From: a virus
Taxonomy: Duplodnaviria; Caudoviricetes
DNA length: 53,112 bases
IMG/VR virus record: IMGVR_UViG_3300016667_000843
Coordinates: 1-53,112 of that record
Strand: one strand, 5' to 3'
This document shows, piece after piece, positions 35,690 through 43,799 of this stretch. Made by a program: the position numbers and the translations under genes. The first letter of the stretch is position 1. The number at the start of each line of letters is the position of its first letter. The notes below the pieces were generated by a model. The model made no database searches, was not told the DNA's origin, and worked only from the letters and a program-made list of their open reading frames with translations.

Positions 35690-36910
35690 ATGAGACAGGT
35701 TTTAATATTTTTAGCGGTTTTGCTTATTGGTTGTACCGACAGAACAACTGAACTTGTAGATGCAGGAATTCCAGATAGCGGTATTGAAGAACCGGTCTGT
35801 TCTCCGGATGCCGGTATAGAAAATGATATTAATAACTGCGGTGCTTGTGGTTATTCTTGTCCTTCTTTTATAACTGATAGATGTGTAGAGAATCTATGTC
35901 TTTGTGGCAATTCTCCAACTTGTGATGCTGCTACAGAAGAGTGTCGTTTTGGAGTATGTAGACCATCAGATCCAACAGGTGATGTTTGTGAGTTTGATGG
36001 TGAATGTGGTTATCCAGAATCAGGATATGGTTGCATTATAGGTCATTGTTCACGAATAGAATGTGTCCCAGAGATTTGTGATAATCTTGATAATGACTGT
36101 GATGGAACAATAGATGGAGATAGTAGAGGTCCGGTATCTCGTTGGTGCTATGATAGAGATTTAGGCGCTACAGAAGTATTGCATCCTCCATGTGAACGTG
36201 GTGTTCAAGTATGTTATGGAGGCTATTGGGATGATTGCATAGGAGCAGTCGCTCCTCGTTCAGAAGCAGGAACTTTTGCTTGTGATGGAATTGATAACGA
36301 TTGTGACGGCTGTATAGATTCCGTATTTTATGATGGAACGTGTCATGCGGCTCCTACAAACGGATTTGACGTTGTTTATGCTATAGATACGTCTGGTAGC
36401 ATGGCTTCAAGAATAGAGGCGGTTAAACAAGCTACGGCAGAGTTTACATCTACATTTAGCGGTAATCCTGCATTTAGATTTGGACTTGTTTTGGTTCCTG
36501 GCGCTATAGATGAAAGAGTTCAAGTTGTTAGCTCTCTTGTTCCATTCACAACATTCAGTTCGGTATTGAATAGTAGTATGTTAGGTATTGGGGGAGGTAG
36601 CGAACCTTCATATGATGCAATCTATCTTCTTGGAACAGATGATTTAAGAATTGGTTGGCGCCGTGATACTGTAAGAATTATAATTCTATTCACGGATGAA
36701 GCTGGGCAAAGTTATCTATCTCCACGTATAACAAATCAAACAGCCTGTGATTCATTAACGCATGGTGAAGTGTTTGCCTATGTTACTGATCCATTTCTTG
36801 CCAGAACATTCAATGCTTGTGGACAATTTTTTGAGCTTACAAGTGATCCTATTGCAATGGCAGAAGCATTAAGAACTATTATTCAAAATCCATGCTCGCC
36901 CGCCCCTTGA
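35690..36910 (+). CDS. Lipoprotein with Cys-rich metal-binding repeats and a vWA domain
   Basis: Lipobox LLIGC; EICDNLDNDCDG and CDGIDNDCDG repeats; MIDAS DTSGSM ... LFTDE. Confidence 0.85.
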   Translation: MRQVLIFLAVLLIGCTDRTTELVDAGIPDSGIEEPVCSPDAGIENDINNCGACGYSCPSFITDRCVENLCLCGNSPTCDAATEECRFGVCRPSDPTGDVCEFDGECGYPESGYGCIIGHCSRIECVPEICDNLDNDCDGTIDGDSRGPVSRWCYDRDLGATEVLHPPCERGVQVCYGGYWDDCIGAVAPRSEAGTFACDGIDNDCDGCIDSVFYDGTCHAAPTNGFDVVYAIDTSGSMASRIEAVKQATAEFTSTFSGNPAFRFGLVLVPGAIDERVQVVSSLVPFTTFSSVLNSSMLGIGGGSEPSYDAIYLLGTDDLRIGWRRDTVRIIILFTDEAGQSYLSPRITNQTACDSLTHGEVFAYVTDPFLARTFNACGQFFELTSDPIAMAEALRTIIQNPCSPAP

Positions 36911-36931
36911 TAATATTGAAAAATTAATACC

Positions 36932-36966
36932 TTGAAATATTCTGTTATTCGTGTTATGCTGATAAT
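36932..36966 (+). promoter_or_regulatory. Leaderless sigma70-like promoter
   Basis: TTGAAA-17nt-TATGCT-6nt-ATG(36967). Confidence 0.65.
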
Positions 36967-37206
36967 ATGAAGAACGTCAAGGTTGGTTCGTGGGTCGAGG
37001 TTCGTGTTTGGCGTGCTGCCGATGATAGCGGTAGCATGACGCTTTCTCCGAAGGATCCTCGGAGTGCTACGCTTCCCCTGGTACGTGCCCGTGTTACGGC
37101 TATTAACGTGTGCGGTGTGAAGGGCTGTATGTCCCTTGCATACGAGGATGGATCGCATATCGGTCTGCCCTTCTATCATAGCGATCTTGTGTCGGTGGAG
37201 GGCTGA
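36967..37206 (+). CDS. Small hypothetical early protein
   Basis: Starts at the promoter; GC-rich codons. Confidence 0.65.
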   Translation: MKNVKVGSWVEVRVWRAADDSGSMTLSPKDPRSATLPLVRARVTAINVCGVKGCMSLAYEDGSHIGLPFYHSDLVSVEG

Positions 37207-37207
37207 T

Positions 37208-37411
37208 ATGAATACGTTTTATCTTTCGTTCGGGTCCGTGAAGGTAGGCGAGCGGTTTCGTTTTGTGAATCCGTATATTCCTGCCGATGCCCAGGATTGG
37301 ACGTATCGTAAGGTTTCGCCCCGCAAGTATCGTTGTGAGTGCGGTCCTAATGCTGGACGGGATTATCAGACGAGCGGGCGTGTTGCTGTTGCTATTGTGT
37401 ATGAGGACTGA
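37208..37411 (+). CDS. Small hypothetical early protein
   Basis: TGA-T-ATG coupling. Confidence 0.6.
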   Translation: MNTFYLSFGSVKVGERFRFVNPYIPADAQDWTYRKVSPRKYRCECGPNAGRDYQTSGRVAVAIVYED

Positions 37412-37412
37412 T

Positions 37413-37574
37413 ATGGTTCGTGATCGTCGCAATCGTCGCATTGGGGATATTCAGCGTGATCTTCGTCCCGATCAGGGTGGTGAAGTTTTGAGTGAGTTTA
37501 TGCTTGAGGTTGTTTGGCCTGTCGCTACCTTTGTTGTTCTAATGGCTTTGGTTATCTTGGTGGTATTTCTATGA
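37413..37574 (+). CDS. Small membrane protein (C-terminal TM)
   Basis: TGA-T-ATG coupling; hydrophobic C-terminus. Confidence 0.55.
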   Translation: MVRDRRNRRIGDIQRDLRPDQGGEVLSEFMLEVVWPVATFVVLMALVILVVFL

Positions 37575-37747
37575 TTAAGCCGCTTAATACGGAACTTAAT
37601 AGAACGCTATTAGCCACAAAGGTTATTAATAACTTTACCGAAGAAGAAGTAAGAGAATTCGCAATCTTTATTTTGGCGGCGTCCTATGATAAGGATGCCA
37701 CTTACTTTTTTTCTGATTGGGAAAGATATAACAGCGAAGATGAATGA
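37571..37747 (+). CDS. Small hypothetical protein
   Basis: ATGA overlap. Confidence 0.55.
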   Translation: MIKPLNTELNRTLLATKVINNFTEEEVREFAIFILAASYDKDATYFFSDWERYNSEDE

Positions 37748-38039
37748 TCTCCGTGTGGGCGGCATGGTAAGGCTGGTTAATCCTTCCGGCAGCAATGAGT
37801 GGAACGTAAGCGTTTATTTTCGTCAGGAGGATCAGACTTTGGAGCATGGTCGGCTTCCTGTTAATTCTATTGGTATGATTATTGACGAAAGTTGTCATGC
37901 AGGAGTATATACGGTTCTATTTGGTGATAGGACTATTATAACGTCGGATACGTATATTAAAGCTTATCACGGTGAGGAACTATTTATGCCATATGCAGAG
38001 TATGAAGGATATATTTCGGATATGGAATCAAGCGAGTAA
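37740..38039 (+). CDS. Hypothetical protein
   Basis: ATG at 37740 overlaps the previous gene end. Confidence 0.55.
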   Translation: MNDLRVGGMVRLVNPSGSNEWNVSVYFRQEDQTLEHGRLPVNSIGMIIDESCHAGVYTVLFGDRTIITSDTYIKAYHGEELFMPYAEYEGYISDMESSE

Positions 38040-38382
38040 TTGTGAAGCTACTCTTGGAGGCATTCCATTGCGCTTAAGAGTCTTAACAGAGCCAGAAGAA
38101 CAACAAAAGGGATTTATGTTTGAGCCGGAACCTGATGATGGGTTCGGGCTTTTTTTCGTTTATCCAGAACCAAGAGAGTTAGGTTTCTGGATGCGTAATG
38201 TCCCATTTGATTTGGATCTTATAGCTTTAGATGAAGATATGAGAGTGCTTGGAGTTCATAGGCTAAAAGCAGACGATGAAAGGACTTGCAAGATTAAGCG
38301 TCCTTGTCGTTATGTTCTTGAATTAGCTGGTGGATGGTGTGAACGCAATAGAATAAACAGGGGCACCAAGTTAGAAATTTAA
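38002..38382 (+). CDS. DUF192 family protein
   Basis: KGFMF...GLFFVY...FWMRNVPFDLD...YVLELAGG. Confidence 0.85.
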   Translation: MKDIFRIWNQASNCEATLGGIPLRLRVLTEPEEQQKGFMFEPEPDDGFGLFFVYPEPRELGFWMRNVPFDLDLIALDEDMRVLGVHRLKADDERTCKIKRPCRYVLELAGGWCERNRINRGTKLEI

Positions 38383-38424
38383 AAAAGGTTAAACTATTTA
38401 ACAAAGTATAATTGAAAGGTATTA

Positions 38425-39624
38425 ATGATGAATAATAGAAGATACACAGGTCGTCCTTCTCTTAAATGGCTATTTGAACAAGCTGAACCGCCAGCCGCTG
38501 ATGCTGGTTCTAAAGAAGAAGCTCCAAATCCAGAATTAGCAAAAGAAATTGAAGCGTTATGGAAATTGCCATATGAGGCATTTGTTGAAAAACTAAAAGT
38601 TGTTGCCAAAGATCCAAAGCTTCGTGCCTTCCTCGCTGCTGGAAGAAAAGATGGTCAACCAGGTGATGAAGGTGTTACTGTTGCTGCAAAAACAATTGCT
38701 GGAAGTGCTTTAAGTCCAACTCAAAGCGAAATTGATCTTTCAAATTCTGTAGCTTGGCCATTTAAAAACCCTGATTCAATTGCAGCATTTTATGCTGGTC
38801 CATGGAAAGGCGGCGACCCAATTATAACTGCTGGTGGTAAATGGGTTATCGACGGTCATCACCGATGGTCATCTGCCATGGTTTTCAATCCAAATGTTCA
38901 ACTGCTATGCATCGATATTGGCATTTCAGATCCAGAAATGGCTCTTAAAATGACTCAAGCAGCAATTGCCACAACAAAAGGAAATGTGCCGACACAAGCT
39001 GTTAAAGCAGGAATGAACATATATGGAATGAGCGCAGTTGATATTGTCAATAAATTTACTGGTGGTTCTACATTTTTATCTGATGAAGTTGTGGAAGCAT
39101 TAAAAAATAAATTAGAGGTTTCTGCTCAACCACAAGAAATTGAAGTTGCAAAACAAATTGCTAGTAAACAACCATGGGCTACGGATGCATTAGAGCGTAT
39201 GGGTGTCGGAGCCAATCAAGTTGCAAATAGACAACAGGCAACAGCCACAAACCAAGAAAATCCAGGAGAACAAGATTTCGGTGGAATGGGTCGAGGCACA
39301 GATAGCGGCGGAGCAATTGGTGGCGGTTATTTAGAAGAAGCATTGCTCGGCGCTGCCGGTGCAACAGATTATGTTGGCGTTTGGTCTGAATGTGCTGCAT
39401 CATTAGCTCACAATTGTAAAACGCTACCAGCAGCAGGACAATTCCGACGTACAATCATGCCTCAAACTGGAACTGGCGATGGTGGTCCAGGACCAGAAGG
39501 TCTTAGTAAAGAGCTTCAAAGTGGCGATATCAATTCAAAGCCTGGATACGATGTTGTAAAAGAAGGCGTTAGTTTTGATTTGAATCGTTGGCAGGTTTTA
39601 GCAGGAATTAAAAATAGAGGTTGA
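38425..39624 (+). CDS. ParB/Sulfiredoxin-like domain protein with scaffold-like C-terminal tag
   Basis: LSPTQSEID and VIDGHHRW; N-terminal GRPSLKWLFEQ; C-terminal LNRWQVLAGIK. Confidence 0.75.
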   Translation: MMNNRRYTGRPSLKWLFEQAEPPAADAGSKEEAPNPELAKEIEALWKLPYEAFVEKLKVVAKDPKLRAFLAAGRKDGQPGDEGVTVAAKTIAGSALSPTQSEIDLSNSVAWPFKNPDSIAAFYAGPWKGGDPIITAGGKWVIDGHHRWSSAMVFNPNVQLLCIDIGISDPEMALKMTQAAIATTKGNVPTQAVKAGMNIYGMSAVDIVNKFTGGSTFLSDEVVEALKNKLEVSAQPQEIEVAKQIASKQPWATDALERMGVGANQVANRQQATATNQENPGEQDFGGMGRGTDSGGAIGGGYLEEALLGAAGATDYVGVWSECAASLAHNCKTLPAAGQFRRTIMPQTGTGDGGPGPEGLSKELQSGDINSKPGYDVVKEGVSFDLNRWQVLAGIKNRG

Positions 39625-39625
39625 T

Positions 39626-40753
39626 ATGAGAAATTTATCTATTAAATCTGTTCTAAAAGAGTTATATGAGCAAGATGCTGCTCCAGCACCAGAAGCTTCT
39701 TCTAAACCAGAAGAAAAAGGTGTTGTAACATCTGGTGATCCTCAACCGGGCGATGCGCCTCCAAATAAGCAATTACACGTTTTCGACTTTGACGATACTA
39801 TCGGAGTAACGCAAGATGCTAACGGGTTAATGGTTTATAAAGATGGTGTTCCTCTTAAGACCCCACAGGAAATGGAGCAATGGCTTACAAGCAAAGGTAT
39901 TGGTGCCAATTATATGTTAAAGGGTCCAAAGGGATCATCAATCGAGCAACCTGATGGAGTAGAAGGTGTTGCAGCATATATTAATTCTGCTGGCTTGGCA
40001 AAAGCACGTGAAGGTTTAGGTAAAGATCAGATTAAAGTTTCTCCTGCCAAACCAACACCGGGCGATCCTAAATCTGCTGGAGAAGTTATAGTTGCAGACT
40101 ATAGCCCATCTGCAACAGCCAAAGCTGCGGTACCAATTGAGTCAACGTTGGATAAGATTAAAAGTTTGCCTGCTGGAGCTACAAGTCAAATTATTACAGC
40201 CCGTACCGGTGAGAGTAAAGTTGCTTCTGCCGCTGCTGAAGGTCAAGATAGAACTCCAAAAGATTTCTCTGGAAAGGCTCACCCACCTTCCGTCGAGGCT
40301 GATTTGAAAGCTTTCATGGATCAACAAGGCGCTAAATTAACAAATGGCGTTAAAGGTTTAGGAGGCGGCGACAAAGGTGAAGCTATTAAAAAGCTTTACT
40401 TTGACGGTAAACCACCAGAACAACAACCGGATGAAGTTCATTTCTATGACGACGACTCAAAGAATATATCTGACGTTCAAAATGCATTAGCTGGTAAAGT
40501 TCCGGCAGAAGTTTTCTTATATGGACCTGGAGAGTTTGCTCATGGAGCAGCAAATCCAGAAAATCCAAACAAAGAATTCCCTGCTGCTTCAGAAGAAGTA
40601 GTAAAAGAATACAGATTAAGAAAACTTAATCACATGTTAAGAGAAGCAAAAGAAGAAAAGCTTAAGCGTGTTATTAAGCGTTTAATCAACGAAGAATATG
40701 AAAAAGTTTCTATTAATCGTTGGCAATTGCTTGCTGGCATGAAAAAGCGTTGA
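39626..40753 (+). CDS. HAD-superfamily phosphatase (RNA-repair-like HAD) with scaffold-like C-terminal tag
   Basis: VFDFDDT, IITAR, K, FYDDD..N motifs; C-terminal INRWQLLAGMK. Confidence 0.8.
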   Translation: MRNLSIKSVLKELYEQDAAPAPEASSKPEEKGVVTSGDPQPGDAPPNKQLHVFDFDDTIGVTQDANGLMVYKDGVPLKTPQEMEQWLTSKGIGANYMLKGPKGSSIEQPDGVEGVAAYINSAGLAKAREGLGKDQIKVSPAKPTPGDPKSAGEVIVADYSPSATAKAAVPIESTLDKIKSLPAGATSQIITARTGESKVASAAAEGQDRTPKDFSGKAHPPSVEADLKAFMDQQGAKLTNGVKGLGGGDKGEAIKKLYFDGKPPEQQPDEVHFYDDDSKNISDVQNALAGKVPAEVFLYGPGEFAHGAANPENPNKEFPAASEEVVKEYRLRKLNHMLREAKEEKLKRVIKRLINEEYEKVSINRWQLLAGMKKR

Positions 40754-40779
40754 TATATTAAAATATACAGAGAGGTTTT

Positions 40780-41856
40780 ATGAACAAAAGATATATAGGT
40801 CGTCCATCCCTTAAATGGCTATTTGAACAAGCGGCTCCAGCCCCGGCGCCTGCTAATGCTGGTGCTGCGCCAGGACAAGAAGCCGCCGCCCCAAAAATAG
40901 CTGATATTAATTCTATTACAAAAGATACTAACATTGCAGATGTAGATCCAAAAGCTGTAGTTGCAGCAATGCAAAATCCAGAAGCAAATCCAAATATAGT
41001 AAAAGTTATAGGTAAACCCCCAGAAGAAATAAAAGCTTTTGTAGCTAAAATCGGACCTGATGTATTAGCTCAACGCATTGGAGAAGTAGGAAAGAAATTG
41101 CCAGCAACTGGTCTTCCAAAAAGTGAAATGCCTTTCTTGCCAGCAAGTGATATTCAAGATTGGAATGATGCGGCTGATGTTGCAAAAATGATCGATGCAG
41201 TTAGTCCTGGTGGCAAATATCAAGTTGATTTTAACCAGCCATATGCCAAAGAAGGCGAGGCTGAAACAGTCAAGGAAAATGTAGCTCATAAAATGCTTGA
41301 AGCAGGTGTTAAAAGACTTGCAGAAATATTGAATGAGGAAGAAGGACCAGCCTCCGTAGGTCTTAATACATTAAATTCTGATCCGGGTGCCGCAGAAAAA
41401 TGGCTCACCGCCGGAAATAATGATGGCAAGTCTGGTGATGATGAACCAGCGGTTTCATATCAGGACCAGGCACCAATTACAATTGCTAGCATGGTGCCAA
41501 CACAAAAAAACGTTTTAATCGGTAAAAGTTTAAATTTTGCTGTTGGAGGATTCCCATCAGAAGGTAAACCATTAGGTGCTTACGTAGTAGATGCCGGTAA
41601 TGGCACAGAAATATTGGATGGTCATCATCGTTGGTCGGCTGGATATTTGATCGATCCTAATATGAAATTATCCGGTCATTTATTTAAATCTTCTATACCA
41701 ACAAGCAAATTGTTGCCAATATTAACACGTTTAGGTAACGCATTAGGAAAACCAACCAAAACAAACGAATCACGTCGTAGCAACGGAAACGTTATAAGTG
41801 AAGGTGCTTGGAGTGTAGACCGTTGGCAGGTTCTTGCAGGAATCAGAAAACGCTGA
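40780..41856 (+). CDS. Second ParB/Sulfiredoxin-like domain protein with scaffold-like C-terminal tag
   Basis: MVPTQKNV and ILDGHHRW; N-terminal GRPSLKWLFEQ; C-terminal VDRWQVLAGIR. Confidence 0.75.
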   Translation: MNKRYIGRPSLKWLFEQAAPAPAPANAGAAPGQEAAAPKIADINSITKDTNIADVDPKAVVAAMQNPEANPNIVKVIGKPPEEIKAFVAKIGPDVLAQRIGEVGKKLPATGLPKSEMPFLPASDIQDWNDAADVAKMIDAVSPGGKYQVDFNQPYAKEGEAETVKENVAHKMLEAGVKRLAEILNEEEGPASVGLNTLNSDPGAAEKWLTAGNNDGKSGDDEPAVSYQDQAPITIASMVPTQKNVLIGKSLNFAVGGFPSEGKPLGAYVVDAGNGTEILDGHHRWSAGYLIDPNMKLSGHLFKSSIPTSKLLPILTRLGNALGKPTKTNESRRSNGNVISEGAWSVDRWQVLAGIRKR

Positions 41857-41877
41857 TATAACCCAACTCTGAATAAG

Positions 41878-41904
41878 AAAAAGGAGCCGAAAGGCTCCTT
41901 TTTT
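41878..41904. terminator. Bidirectional intrinsic terminator
   Basis: AAAAAGGAGCC-GAAA-GGCTCCTTTTT between convergent genes. Confidence 0.9.
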
Positions 41905-42455
41905 CATTTAATCAATCTTGCTATTATTTTGACGCCTGGAACTTTGAGTCTTTGAACGGCGGCTATATTCTTTGGGCTATCGTCAAAGAATTCAATTTCT
42001 TTATAGCCAAACTTTAAAGCAACCCATTTAATCCATTGCGCTTTCATTTCCGGATCGCTATTGCCTAATGCAACAACAGGAATTTCTGGGATTTTATTAA
42101 TACGGAAGAATTCACGAGCGGGTTCTTCATTGCCTCTTGCGGTAAGAATTACAGCCGCATCTGTTCCATGTTTGTTAACAACTCTTTTAAGAATTGTTGT
42201 TGTCCAGCCTATAGCTTTTGGGCTTACTAAACCTTCAAAATCGCTGTAATCAAATTCATCTCCAGGCTCCTTTTCATAAACTGCATATTCTGCTGGAGTA
42301 AGATGCATTACTTCTCCAGAAGCCTTTGAAACATGAACTTTGCTGCTTGTTTTCACAAGAGTGTCATCAAGATCAAAAACACGAAGCTTCTTTTCCGCTT
42401 GTAAACTTTCTTTGATGATTTCACGTATATAAGTTTTTAATAGTTGGTTGGACAT
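41904..42455 (-). CDS. HAD-superfamily phosphatase (RNA-repair-like HAD)
   Basis: VFDLDDTL, ILTARG, K, FFDDSPKN; N-terminal LLKTYIREIIKE. Confidence 0.85.
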   Translation of the reverse strand: MSNQLLKTYIREIIKESLQAEKKLRVFDLDDTLVKTSSKVHVSKASGEVMHLTPAEYAVYEKEPGDEFDYSDFEGLVSPKAIGWTTTILKRVVNKHGTDAAVILTARGNEEPAREFFRINKIPEIPVVALGNSDPEMKAQWIKWVALKFGYKEIEFFDDSPKNIAAVQRLKVPGVKIIARLIK

Positions 42456-42476
42456 ATTCTCATACTAATTAGCTAC

Positions 42477-43748
42477 ATGAGCACGTTTAATACCACAATG
42501 AACCCAACTCCGTTTGGATATTTTGATTCTGATCCAGCTTTCCAAAGTGATGCAGATAAAATAGTCACTTTCGTTTTAAGAAAACTTGGAGAAGACGTAT
42601 TAAGCGTTGAATTAACAAAAAAGATGATATGGGCTTGTTTTGAAGAGGCTACTCTTTATTTCAATGCTGTAATGATTGAATATCAGGCTAAATCAAACTT
42701 ATCTTATCTCCTTGGTTCTCCAACCGGTTCTATAGATCCTACTACTGGCAAATATCAACTTAATCTTATTAACAATTACGTTCAGCCTAATCTTGAATAT
42801 CTTGTAAGACAAGCAGAGCCGTATGCTTCCGAAGTAGGTTATGGTCAATCTCTTCAATCTTATTCCGGTTCTATTAAACTGGAGATGGGAAGACAAGATT
42901 ATGACCTTTATACCGAATTAAAGGATAGTGCAGGCAATCTCCTATCTTCATATATGGGAACTGGCTCTCTTGATGTTCGTGGTAGAATGAAGGTATTTGA
43001 AGTTTATCATTATGCCCCAGTTCAATATGTCTTTAACTCAAATCTTGCATCTAACTTCATAGCTACGGGTTTACCAGTAGAAAGCTATATTCCGGATACA
43101 CGTTTCTATGTTCTTCCATTATTTGAAGACGTATTGAGAGCTGGAATGTTGGACGCAGCATCCCGTGTAAGACGTTCTCATTATTCTTATAAGCTTGCCG
43201 GTACAGCTATTCGATTATTCCCAACTCCAAATAATCTTATTCCATTCTATAATGATAGATTGTGGATAAGAGTTGGTTTCCCTCCTTCGGCTTATCCTGG
43301 CATCATGGGAACTTATTTTAGCGGTTCATTAGAGGCGTCTGGAAGCCTTCAGAACCCTGCCACCCCATCCTCTGTGATATTCGGTGTCAACAGCCCTGCA
43401 AACCTTCCTATGGGCTTTATAGCGTATTCTTCCCTCAACCCATGGAGCAGAAACTGGATTATTCTTTATACTCTAGCTCTATGCAAAGAACTTCTTGGTT
43501 TGATAAGAAGTAAGATGAAGAGTATTCCAATCCCAGGAGCAGAATTGCAGCTTAACGGTGAAGACCTTATTTCTCAAGGAAGAGAAGACAAGAAAGATTT
43601 GTTAACTGGTGATACAGGCATTATAACAAAACTTGATGCTCTTACTTATGATAAGCTTTCGGAGATACAGGCTAATAAAGCCGAGAATGAAATGAAATTG
43701 TTGCAGCATCTGCCAATGCCAGCGAAGTATAACTTATTCGTGGGTTGA
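42477..43748 (+). CDS. Neck protein (T4 gp13-like)
   Basis: LRKLG...VELT; WI..YTLAL.KE.LG.IRSK...IPG...LNG; C-terminal P...FVG. Confidence 0.8.
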   Translation: MSTFNTTMNPTPFGYFDSDPAFQSDADKIVTFVLRKLGEDVLSVELTKKMIWACFEEATLYFNAVMIEYQAKSNLSYLLGSPTGSIDPTTGKYQLNLINNYVQPNLEYLVRQAEPYASEVGYGQSLQSYSGSIKLEMGRQDYDLYTELKDSAGNLLSSYMGTGSLDVRGRMKVFEVYHYAPVQYVFNSNLASNFIATGLPVESYIPDTRFYVLPLFEDVLRAGMLDAASRVRRSHYSYKLAGTAIRLFPTPNNLIPFYNDRLWIRVGFPPSAYPGIMGTYFSGSLEASGSLQNPATPSSVIFGVNSPANLPMGFIAYSSLNPWSRNWIILYTLALCKELLGLIRSKMKSIPIPGAELQLNGEDLISQGREDKKDLLTGDTGIITKLDALTYDKLSEIQANKAENEMKLLQHLPMPAKYNLFVG

Positions 43749-43799
43749 TTGACCAAAACGTGCCCTCTGATGTATACTTATCATAAGAGAGGTAAGTAT

